From: an uncultured Chloroflexia bacterium
GTDB taxonomy: Bacteria > Chloroflexota > Ktedonobacteria > Ktedonobacterales > JADMIN01
Reading direction: 5' to 3'
Assembly: GCA_963718915.1 (NCBI GenBank)
Contig: CAVRAI010000013.1
Coordinates: 90,001 to 122,000 of the forward strand
DNA length: 32,000 nt
The position numbers and the translations under genes were made by a program. Of the stretch, positions 8,630 to 15,846 are shown piece after piece; within the stretch, counting starts at the first letter, position 1; each line of letters begins with the position of its first letter. The notes beneath the pieces were generated by a model. That model was not told the DNA's origin, did no database searches, and was given only the letters and a program-made list of their open reading frames with translations.

Positions 8630-9376
8630 CTAAGAGTTCTTGGAGCGCTTGCTCGTCCTCGCAGTCGTATTTGCCTCAGGGTCGTTCGCCTCGCTGGTCT
8701 TCTCCGTTGGCTCGGTATGCTCGGCGATGAGGCTGCGTTGGATGGGTGTTGCCTCGCCAGACTGACGGCTGCGGATATGGGCAACGACCGAGGTGATCAT
8801 AGCCTCGGATGCTCCCTCGTCGCGGAGCACTTGCACTGTTTGCGCCACGAGTGTGTTCCAGTCGTCGGATTCGTCTGGGGCTAACGCTGGCTGCGTGTAG
8901 GGAACTGGCTCTGCCGCCGCCGCAGCGGACGGATCGGCGTCCGTGGTGTCGTAGTCAGTGACGGCTACGGTGGCTAGTGTTGCGGTAATGGGCCTCGTGC
9001 CAGAGGGAATGGGAACGGCGGCGGGCTGCCGACTGCGTGGCGTTGCTGGGAGGTCAGGCTCTTCTTCCTGGGCCAGCATGGTCGCCAACTGCGCCTGATC
9101 CCAGGCAGGGACGGTGAGGCCAGATTGGGAGTAGGCGTCGTAGAGATCGCGCAAGGGGATATGGAGCTTGGCGAGCACGATCATCACCGTGTCCAGGGGC
9201 GGGACGGAGCCACGCAGAATCCAGTTGCTAATGCTCTGCTTGGGGATGCCGAGCCGCACAGCGAGTTGGGAATAGCTCAAGGGCGGGCTGTTACGTGGGC
9301 GCTTGTTCCACATGTAATCGACCAGCAATTGAGCGAAGGGCGTCATCTTCTCCGGAGGCTGCGTGTAATGCGGCAT
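8630..9376 (-). CDS. XRE-family HTH regulator (cI-like repressor candidate) with Pro/Ala/acidic C-terminal region
   Basis: HTH core: SYSQLAVRLGIPKQSISNWILRGSVPPLDTVMIVLAKLHIP. I prefer the ATG at 9376 (MPHYTQPPEKMTPFAQLLVDYMW) for two reasons. AGGAG lies 10 nt upstream, and the distance to the HTH matches the paralogue at 30593..31090. The ORF stays open to a GTG at 9637, which would add an (SSAS)n N-terminal extension. Confidence 0.7.
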   Translation of the reverse strand: MPHYTQPPEKMTPFAQLLVDYMWNKRPRNSPPLSYSQLAVRLGIPKQSISNWILRGSVPPLDTVMIVLAKLHIPLRDLYDAYSQSGLTVPAWDQAQLATMLAQEEEPDLPATPRSRQPAAVPIPSGTRPITATLATVAVTDYDTTDADPSAAAAAEPVPYTQPALAPDESDDWNTLVAQTVQVLRDEGASEAMITSVVAHIRSRQSGEATPIQRSLIAEHTEPTEKTSEANDPEANTTARTSKRSKNS

Positions 9377-9394
9377 GTAACGGCGTCTCCTGGG

Positions 9395-9502
9395 TGCGCT
9401 CGACGATGCGCTCGACGATGCGCTCGACGATGCGCTCGACGATGCGCTCGACGATGCGCTCGACGATGCGCTCGACGATGCGCTCGACGATGCGCTCGAC
9501 GT
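9395..9502. repeat. 12-bp tandem array, 8 perfect units plus 1 near-perfect unit (TGCGCTCGACGA)
   Basis: Read directly: units start at 9395, 9407, 9419, 9431, 9443, 9455, 9467, 9479 and 9491. The last unit ends in T instead of A. Confidence 0.95.
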
Positions 9503-9646
9503 ACGTGACTCCCGCTGGTACGCCAGAATCTGCGCCTGAATCTGGGCCTGGTGCGCGCTACTCGGCGTGCCTGACTTACCTGACCCTGACCTTGGCTTCG
9601 ACTGGACGATCTGCGCGAGTGTTCTCATGGAAGTCACTTACCTTTC

Positions 9647-9675
9647 AGTATACCCGTTGTCATGCGCCGTGTGAA
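9647..9675 (-). promoter_or_regulatory. Candidate sigma70-like promoter for the XRE gene (TTCACA-N17-TATACT)
   Basis: Hexamers read on the minus strand: the -35 is at 9670-9675 and the -10 at 9647-9652, with 17-nt spacing. Confidence 0.3.
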
Positions 9676-9728
9676 CGAGTCAACAACGTGAGTATACGCC
9701 CTTGTGTATGGATTTGTCATCCATATCA

Positions 9729-9757
9729 TTGACTTCACTTGCTATTGATGTTACATT
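9729..9757 (+). promoter_or_regulatory. Candidate sigma70-like promoter for the rightward small-ORF operon (TTGACT-N17-TACATT)
   Basis: Hexamers lie at 9729-9734 and 9752-9757 in an AT-rich gap, divergent from the candidate at 9647-9675. Confidence 0.3.
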
Positions 9758-9823
9758 GTTATCTATCTGAGTACATTATATTGAACAAGGGACACTGTTA
9801 TCAGAAAGACGGGTGTAGAGACG

Positions 9824-10234
9824 ATGGTATCAGGGCCACAGCCAATCCCGCGCGGGGAGATCGAGCGGCGGAAGGAATATCTTGCGCCTTTGTGGGCCCA
9901 CCTGGCGGCGGGATGTTACAGCCGGGCGGAGGTCATGGAGAAGGTGCGTGTGTTAGCGGAGCAAGCGGGTGACTTGGTGGCTGGCACGAGACAGCGGTGG
10001 CTGTGGCGGGTGGCGCAGATGCGTCGCGGTTTCTCGCTGACGCCACCGTGGTTCATTGAGCGGTGCTGCACGGCTATCGATACTTCGGTCATGGAAGTGA
10101 TGGGCGCAGAGTGGGCACGTCGCTTTGGCGTGGATGGTCGCGGGGGCGTGGAGCGGGCGCCAGTTCGTGCGCCACGGCGGCAGCAGCCCTGGAGCAAAGA
10201 TCCCCAGAGGGAGGGCGTTGACAATGCAGCCTGA
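9824..10234 (+). CDS. Hypothetical protein, first gene of the rightward operon
   Basis: 136-aa ORF. It is the first ORF downstream of the AT-rich divergent region, and its end overlaps the next start. No recognisable family and a weak RBS. Confidence 0.45.
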   Translation: MVSGPQPIPRGEIERRKEYLAPLWAHLAAGCYSRAEVMEKVRVLAEQAGDLVAGTRQRWLWRVAQMRRGFSLTPPWFIERCCTAIDTSVMEVMGAEWARRFGVDGRGGVERAPVRAPRRQQPWSKDPQREGVDNAA

Positions 10235-10772
10235 AATTCTTGCTGAAATGCTGCCTGATCGCTCAACGCTTATTGCGATGGCGGGGCTGGTCGCCTTCTT
10301 CGTCTGCATCGTCTTCCTGTGGATCATCGCGTTCCGGCATCACGGCGCGCGGATGGTGACAACAAGTTTGCATGATAAAACGGGTGAAGATGAGTTGGTT
10401 GTACGGGTAGTTGAAGTGCCAGTGGCGGGCGCGGTGGATGGTGGGCCAGCGCTTGGTGGGCGTGTGATGCTGGTCGCGCAGCCGGGCGAACGGCGAACTG
10501 TGCGCCAGATGATTGAGAGGATGATAGATAGACCGATTGCCCCGCCTGCCTCGTCTGCTGCTTCTTCTGAACCAATCCTCGTTGGCGCTGGCGCGCGTGG
10601 CATCCCTCCTGGCGTCCCTTCTGGCATCCCTGATGAGACTCCGCCATTGGATGTGAGCGAGCAGAAAACACAGGTTTTACCTGTAGCGCCAAAGTTCAAA
10701 GGCCTCGATGGCGTGTGGCTCATTGCTGAGGTAGCGCTTCCTGAGACGCTGCCACGTGACTGCTGGAACTGA
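10224..10772 (+). CDS. Hypothetical single-pass membrane protein
   Basis: The start is the ATG at 10224 (MQPEILAEM), with GGAGGG 9 nt upstream. TM segment: LIAMAGLVAFFVCIVFLWIIAF. Confidence 0.55.
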   Translation: MQPEILAEMLPDRSTLIAMAGLVAFFVCIVFLWIIAFRHHGARMVTTSLHDKTGEDELVVRVVEVPVAGAVDGGPALGGRVMLVAQPGERRTVRQMIERMIDRPIAPPASSAASSEPILVGAGARGIPPGVPSGIPDETPPLDVSEQKTQVLPVAPKFKGLDGVWLIAEVALPETLPRDCWN

Positions 10773-10815
10773 CTTTCTTGTGACCTGAGATTCGACGGAC
10801 GGAGGGACGGATAGT

Positions 10816-11394
10816 ATGCGCGATCAAGGGGCGGTGATGCGGCTGTACCAGCGGTTACATCGGCGGTGGCGCAAATTGCAGAAGGCTCGGCCAACCAGTG
10901 ACGCGCGCTGGGAGAGTGCTCATATAGAGAGCGCGGTACGCGCGTTGGCGTGGGTGCTGGGCCTTGACCCCGAAAGAGAGACGGGCCAGATGTATCGGCG
11001 GTACCGTGCGACGGAGATGGAGTCCCCGGATGGCAGGCCAGCCCTGACGGGCGTACGGCTGACGCGGGCATGGGATGGCGGGGAGCAGGCTGGATGGTAC
11101 TGGTTGCTCGAAGTGCCTGCTGAGGCGAATAGCGAGGGCGAGGGCGAGCCAGAATCCGTGCCAGAGACGATCTATTGGGCGGCGATGCTGGCCCAGCAGC
11201 AGGTGGCGGAGCTTGCGCTGGCGTTCGGTGAGGCATTCTATCGGTCTTCGTCACCTTCGGAGACGACGAAAGAGTTGGACGTGATAATGGCGGCGCGGGA
11301 TATTGCTGATGAGCCGACGGTGACAGACCTGCGGGCGCTGATCGCGAGCGTCGAGTGGTCGGTGATGGAGCGGCGGACAGGAGGCGCGGCATGA
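10816..11394 (+). CDS. Hypothetical acidic protein
   Basis: 192-aa ORF with GGAGG about 11 nt upstream of the ATG. Its stop overlaps the next start (ATGA at 11391). Confidence 0.55.
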   Translation: MRDQGAVMRLYQRLHRRWRKLQKARPTSDARWESAHIESAVRALAWVLGLDPERETGQMYRRYRATEMESPDGRPALTGVRLTRAWDGGEQAGWYWLLEVPAEANSEGEGEPESVPETIYWAAMLAQQQVAELALAFGEAFYRSSSPSETTKELDVIMAARDIADEPTVTDLRALIASVEWSVMERRTGGAA

Positions 11395-11546
11395 GTGGAT
11401 CTATGAGTGGCAGAAGGACGAAAGTACGCGACACACTCCACAACAAAGCGGTGGTGAGCCGTGGTTGGGTGAGCCAGTGTCGCAGGACGCTGGCCATTCG
11501 GCAAAGGCATGCAAAAGAGCGTGAGAACGGTGGTGATGCCGCATGA
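11391..11546 (+). CDS. Small basic hypothetical protein (51 aa)
   Basis: MSGSMSGRRTKVRDTLHNKAVVSRGWVSQCRRTLAIRQRHAKERENGGDAA. It is ATGA-coupled at both ends (11391 and 11543). Confidence 0.4.
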   Translation: MSGSMSGRRTKVRDTLHNKAVVSRGWVSQCRRTLAIRQRHAKERENGGDAA

Positions 11547-12238
11547 GTAAGCGTGTTGGCGCTCTTGCTTTGCCCTCCTGCAAAGATCCGACGAGCACCC
11601 AGTATCGGCAACATCGGTGGGTGCAATGGGGTGACGATCCTCGGTTCAGTCGGTGTAGTCGCTGTGAAGCAATCAGCGCTGAGGATATCAGCAATGAGGC
11701 GAAGTATCCACGAGTGCGACAGGCAGATCGCCCGATGAAGCATCATCACCAGTTCGCGGTATCTCTGCTCGACCCGCGCTATGAAGTCTGTCGCTGCGGG
11801 AAGGTCATCCGCGCGCAGAAGCTGCTGATGGTGGAGAAGACAGAGTTACGACAGACCTGTGTTGTGCATGTGCACCGAGATGACTTCGATATCTATATCG
11901 GCAGACGGATGCCACGCTTCCCTAAGTTGGTGGTGTCAGGATGGGGTAATCCCTTCACAGTGCGCGACTTGCCCAGAGGCTACGATAACCCGGTATACGC
12001 CTTCCGCGACTGGCTGCTTGGCAAGCCGGAACTAGCCGCATTGTATCGAAATCAACGAGCGATGATGCTCGGCCAACTGTTTATGTTGCGCGGGAAGGTG
12101 CTGGGCTGCTGGTGCGCGCCCAAAGGTGGCCTGCCGGGCAATCTCGACGGCACGGTGTGCCATGGTGAAGTGCTGGCGTGGCTCGCGGATCACCCAGAGG
12201 ATGTGCCAGACTCTGTGCGGGTCGGGGGTGCGGCATGA
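11543..12238 (+). CDS. DUF4326 domain protein with Cys-rich N-terminal extension
   Basis: The C-terminal half matches the DUF4326 pattern: HVHRDDFDIYIGRR...GWGNPF...FRDWL...LRGKVLGCWCAPK...CHGEVLAWL. Confidence 0.75.
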   Translation: MSKRVGALALPSCKDPTSTQYRQHRWVQWGDDPRFSRCSRCEAISAEDISNEAKYPRVRQADRPMKHHHQFAVSLLDPRYEVCRCGKVIRAQKLLMVEKTELRQTCVVHVHRDDFDIYIGRRMPRFPKLVVSGWGNPFTVRDLPRGYDNPVYAFRDWLLGKPELAALYRNQRAMMLGQLFMLRGKVLGCWCAPKGGLPGNLDGTVCHGEVLAWLADHPEDVPDSVRVGGAA

Positions 12239-12597
12239 GTGGCAGAAGAGGCAGAGGAGGCAGAGTGAGTGCAGGAACGGCACCCAAACAGGGAGCGGCC
12301 AAGACCGTGCCAAAGAAGAAGCCAGCGCCTAAGCCTGTCTCCAAGCCAGCCGTGAAGACGGTTACAGAGAAGAAGCGAGCGCCGGTCAAGCGGACGTTGC
12401 CGGGTGATGGAGTAGAGTTGTACAGCGCGGAAGAGATTGCGGCCAGACTGAGGATTGGCCGGACGCTGGCGTTCTACCTCATGGGCATCGGGGCTATTGA
12501 GTCGTTTAAAGTAGCGGGCCTGCGTCGCGTGACACGAGAAGCGTTGGAGCGATACGTCGAGCTACAAATTGAGATGACCTCGCGGCGATTGGCGTAG
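12235..12597 (+). CDS. Excisionase-family HTH (HTH_17-like) DNA-binding protein with Lys/Pro-rich N-terminal tail
   Basis: YSAEEIAARLRIGRTLAFYLMGIGAIESFKVAGLRRVTREALERYV. It is ATGA-coupled to the upstream ORF and lies directly upstream of the integrase. Confidence 0.7.
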   Translation: MSGRRGRGGRVSAGTAPKQGAAKTVPKKKPAPKPVSKPAVKTVTEKKRAPVKRTLPGDGVELYSAEEIAARLRIGRTLAFYLMGIGAIESFKVAGLRRVTREALERYVELQIEMTSRRLA

Positions 12598-12600
12598 TCT

Positions 12601-12637
12601 ACGGCAGGTCACGGCAGGTCACGGCAGGTCACGGCAG
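12601..12637. repeat. 10-bp tandem repeat ACGGCAGGTC x3.7 between xis and int
   Basis: Read directly: three perfect units at 12601-12630 plus ACGGCAG at 12631-12637. Confidence 0.95.
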
Positions 12638-12658
12638 CGACGTGGAAGGGGAACGATC

Positions 12659-13921
12659 ATGAAGCAACGCCGGGGACGGGGTGAAGGCTCGATCTATCGG
12701 CGGAGTAGGGATGGGCGGTGGGTTGGGACGGTGGTACTGGCCGAGACAGGCAGGCGCAAGTCAGTTACCGGGACTACGCGCCAGGAAGTACAACGAAAAC
12801 TCAGTGCGTTGCAACGGGACATTGAGCGGGGACTTTCACCGGGCGATGGGCGGCAGACAGTCGCTCAGTATTTTGCGGGCTGGTTGGAGACCATCAAACC
12901 GACGGTGGGGGCTGGCGCGTGGCTCCGTCATGAGGAGTTCGCCCGTCTGCACATCATTCCCGCCATTGGGCGGTTGCCGCTTGTCAAGTTGACCCCGCAG
13001 CGGGTACAGGCACTCTACACCGCGCTGCTCGATAAGGAGCGGGGCCGAGGCGGTAAGGGCTTGTCAGGCACGACGGTCAATCATCTGCACGGCAGTTTGC
13101 ATAAGGCGCTCGACGCTGCGGTACGGCTCGGCCTGGTCGCGCGCAACGTCACCGAGTTGGTGGATGTGCCACGTATGGCGCACCATGAGATCCATCCTTT
13201 GACGGGCGAGCAGGCGTGTATGTTGCTTGAAACGATGGAAGGGGAACGGTTGGAGGCGCTGTATGCGCTGGCGCTGGCTACCGGCATGCGCCAGGGAGAG
13301 CTCCTGGCGCTGCACTGGCGCGATGTCGAACTGGATGGGCGCGGTGGCACGGGCGCGCTCTCCGTGCGGTGGAACATGCGCCATCGTGATCAGACGTTCA
13401 CGTTCAAGCAGCCCAAGACGCGCAAATCACGTAGGCGTATCTCGCTCGCGCCAGAGGTAGTGGATGTGTTGCGGGCGCACCGGGCGCGTCAACTGACCGA
13501 ACGTCTGAAAGCGGGATCGGCATGGGTAGGCGAGCAGTGGGATAATCTCGTGTTCTCGACGGAGATTGGGTCGCCACTCGCGCCGGATGGCGCTGTGCGC
13601 AGCACATTCACGCGGCTACTCCGTCAGGCCAAGTTGCCACGCATCCGCTTTCACGATCTGCGGCATACCTGTGCCACGCTCGCGCTCGCGGCCAACGTGA
13701 ATCCAAAGTTGGTGAGCGATATGCTGGGCCACTCGACCGTGGCTATCACGCTGGACATTTATTCGCATGTTCTGCCAGACATGCAACAGGATGCCGCAGC
13801 AGCCATAGCGGCAATGCTGTACAGAGGCAGTGAGGAGACACATGGAGAGACACATGGAGAGACAGGTCGAGAGACAGATAGGGAGAAAGATTGGGAGACA
13901 CGTCGGAACAGTGGTTTGTGA
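12659..13921 (+). CDS. Tyrosine recombinase (phage-type integrase)
   Basis: N-terminal SAM-like/arm region (GEGSIYRRSRDGRWVG). Catalytic region ...RISLAPEVVDVLRAH...RFHDLRHTCATLALAANVNPKLVSDMLGHSTVAITLDIYSHVL. GGAAGGGGA RBS. Confidence 0.9.
   Translation: MKQRRGRGEGSIYRRSRDGRWVGTVVLAETGRRKSVTGTTRQEVQRKLSALQRDIERGLSPGDGRQTVAQYFAGWLETIKPTVGAGAWLRHEEFARLHIIPAIGRLPLVKLTPQRVQALYTALLDKERGRGGKGLSGTTVNHLHGSLHKALDAAVRLGLVARNVTELVDVPRMAHHEIHPLTGEQACMLLETMEGERLEALYALALATGMRQGELLALHWRDVELDGRGGTGALSVRWNMRHRDQTFTFKQPKTRKSRRRISLAPEVVDVLRAHRARQLTERLKAGSAWVGEQWDNLVFSTEIGSPLAPDGAVRSTFTRLLRQAKLPRIRFHDLRHTCATLALAANVNPKLVSDMLGHSTVAITLDIYSHVLPDMQQDAAAAIAAMLYRGSEETHGETHGETGRETDREKDWETRRNSGL
13835..13906. repeat. 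Degenerate 12-bp tandem array x6, each unit beginning GAGA(C/A)A, in the integrase 3' end
   Basis: Units in order: gagacacatgga, gagacacatgga, gagacaggtcga, gagacagatagg, gagaaagattgg, gagacacgtcgg. They encode ETHG ETHG ETGR ETDR EKDW ETRR. Confidence 0.85.
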
Positions 13922-14018
13922 GAAGTGCTGTCAGATATGCTGTCAAAGCGGGAAATGGGACGTGCGCGGGAATGGGGCGATGTGCGCCTAGTTGGGGAAA
14001 CAAGGGCAATGATGAGGG

Positions 14019-14091
<73 letters not shown>

Positions 14092-14132
14092 ATGGGATCG
14101 TTTGGCAATCATCAGGTGATTGTCGCCACTCC

Positions 14133-14161
14133 AGAATACCCCAATCGTTCAGGAGAGTCAA
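14133..14161 (-). promoter_or_regulatory. Candidate promoter for tRNA-Trp (TTGACT-N17-TATTCT)
   Basis: Read on the minus strand: the -35 is at 14156-14161 and the -10 at 14133-14138, about 40 nt upstream of the tRNA 5' end. Confidence 0.3.
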
Positions 14162-14181
14162 GACTCATGAATTGAGAAGTG

Positions 14182-14685
14182 TCACTCGCCGTCAGATGCG
14201 ACGGTTGTTACCTTCGCTACCACGATCACTGGTTCGAGCGAGGTGCGCTCGCCGCTTGTGGCGTCGATGAGTAGGATCGTATTCGTAATTGTCGCCGTCA
14301 TTTGGAGCATACCTCCAACACTGCAATAGCGAGTTGCCGAAAGCTCGACGGCGCGGCGCACAGAGTTAGCAGACAGCGCGGCGCCGGTGACGATGTGCTC
14401 GATTGCTATGGTGACGAAGACTTTAGGATGGGTTTCAGCGCGAACGCCATGACCGCTCAACTCGTAGTTCGTCACATCCTGGCGCATCTTGCGCAACACA
14501 GAGACCACATCCATACCAGTGCAGCCGAGAAGCGCAATGAGTGGCATCTCCATTGGGCTGAATCCAGCATTCTCGCCACCATCGTCCAGGCTGGTGTCCA
14601 TCGTCAACTCGTGACCTGAACCAGATCGCGCGGTAAATTTCATCCCGCCCGCAAACTGTGCGGTCGCAAATTTCTCACTTGTCAT
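14182..14685 (-). CDS. OsmC-family peroxiredoxin-like protein
   Basis: GFSPMEMPLIALLGCTGMDVVSVL and SATRYCSVGGML are the two conserved-Cys OsmC motifs. The start is the ATG at 14685, with GGAGC upstream. Confidence 0.85.
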   Translation of the reverse strand: MTSEKFATAQFAGGMKFTARSGSGHELTMDTSLDDGGENAGFSPMEMPLIALLGCTGMDVVSVLRKMRQDVTNYELSGHGVRAETHPKVFVTIAIEHIVTGAALSANSVRRAVELSATRYCSVGGMLQMTATITNTILLIDATSGERTSLEPVIVVAKVTTVASDGE

Positions 14686-14856
14686 GATGTAAGCTCCTGG
14701 CCATATCTGCTTGCTTGCTACATAAAGTCGCATCGTACACTTGCATTGTATCGCGTGAATAGCTCAATGTGCCTGGCGTCATATGGAGCCATGGTAGAAT
14801 GATGATACGTGCATGTAGGGCTTGATCACCAGGAAGCGGAAGAACGAGCACCATCT

Positions 14857-15705
14857 ATGGCTGAAGTACGGAATGCGCCAATTGGCGTCTTTGATTCGGG
14901 AGTTGGCGGCCTGACCATCTTAAAGGAACTGTTGCGCGAACTGCCTGACGAACGATTTGTCTATTATGGCGATACCGGCAACTGCCCTTATGGCGTTCGG
15001 CCCATCACAGAGATTCAATCGTTATCGCGTAACGCCGCCCGTTTCCTCATTAATCGCGGCGCAAAAATCATTGTCGTCGCCTGCAATACCGCGTCGGTAT
15101 CCGCGCTGGCCAATCTTCGCGAGACCTTTGCTACTCCGTTTGTTGGCGTGGTGCCTGCGATCAAGCCAGCTGCCGCTCTTACCCAAACTGGCCATGTTGG
15201 TGTCGCCGCCACCGAAGCCTCGGCGCATGGCGACTATCTCCGCCAGTTGATTGCCGACCATGCGAGCGGTGTCACTGTGCATGCCGTTGGGTGTCCGCGT
15301 CTTGTCTTACTGGCGGAGGCGGGCATTCTCGACGGCCCAGAGGCTGAGGTGGCTATTCGCGAATATGTTGACCCTATGCTGACTGTTGGGATTGATGTGT
15401 TGGTGCTTGGCTGTACGCACTTCCCCGCGATGCGCGATGCCTTTGTGCGTGTGGTTGGACCTGACGTCGCGATAATAGATTCAGGCGCCGCGATTGCGCG
15501 ACAGACACGGCGTGTGCTGACGGAACGCGGATGGCTCAGCGGCGAGGGCAGCGTTGCAAGCGAGCCGCGAGCGCTTACAATCTCCGATACTCTGTGGTGT
15601 AGCGGGGATACGGATACATTTGCGCGTGTGGCCGAGGCAATTCTCGGAATACCTGTAGAGGTTCACGGCGCTCCTGAGATGGTCTCACCATCGCCGCGCG
15701 CATAA
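14857..15705 (+). CDS. murI: Glutamate racemase
   Basis: PIGVFDSGVGGLT, YYGDTGNCPYG, VVACNTAS and LGCTHFP motifs are present. The start is chosen at the ATG at 14857 (MAEVRNAP). Confidence 0.9.
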   Translation: MAEVRNAPIGVFDSGVGGLTILKELLRELPDERFVYYGDTGNCPYGVRPITEIQSLSRNAARFLINRGAKIIVVACNTASVSALANLRETFATPFVGVVPAIKPAAALTQTGHVGVAATEASAHGDYLRQLIADHASGVTVHAVGCPRLVLLAEAGILDGPEAEVAIREYVDPMLTVGIDVLVLGCTHFPAMRDAFVRVVGPDVAIIDSGAAIARQTRRVLTERGWLSGEGSVASEPRALTISDTLWCSGDTDTFARVAEAILGIPVEVHGAPEMVSPSPRA

Positions 15706-15846
15706 CAAAAGCGCTCTTGCACTGTCCGCTCGTCGTGTGGTGGAATACCGCACTGTGCGCCATGTCTATCCAGGAGGGTTTGTCTATACTGGCGGCATTC
15801 GCGCTATTTTTCAAGGGATTGCGATGGATGACGGGAGTCGAGGAGA

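Noticed and set aside
9395-9502. The tandem arrays (also 12601-12637 and 13835-13906) as CRISPR-like arrays
   Set aside because: The units are 10-12 bp and directly abutting, with no spacers. No cas genes are present in the window.
10340-11749. 469-aa minus-strand ORF spanning the element's small-ORF region
   Set aside because: The translation is Pro/Ser/Ala/Arg/Thr low-complexity sequence, typical of the antisense frame of GC-rich coding DNA. The plus-strand ORFs have RBSs, a TM segment, a recognisable DUF4326 domain and ATGA coupling.
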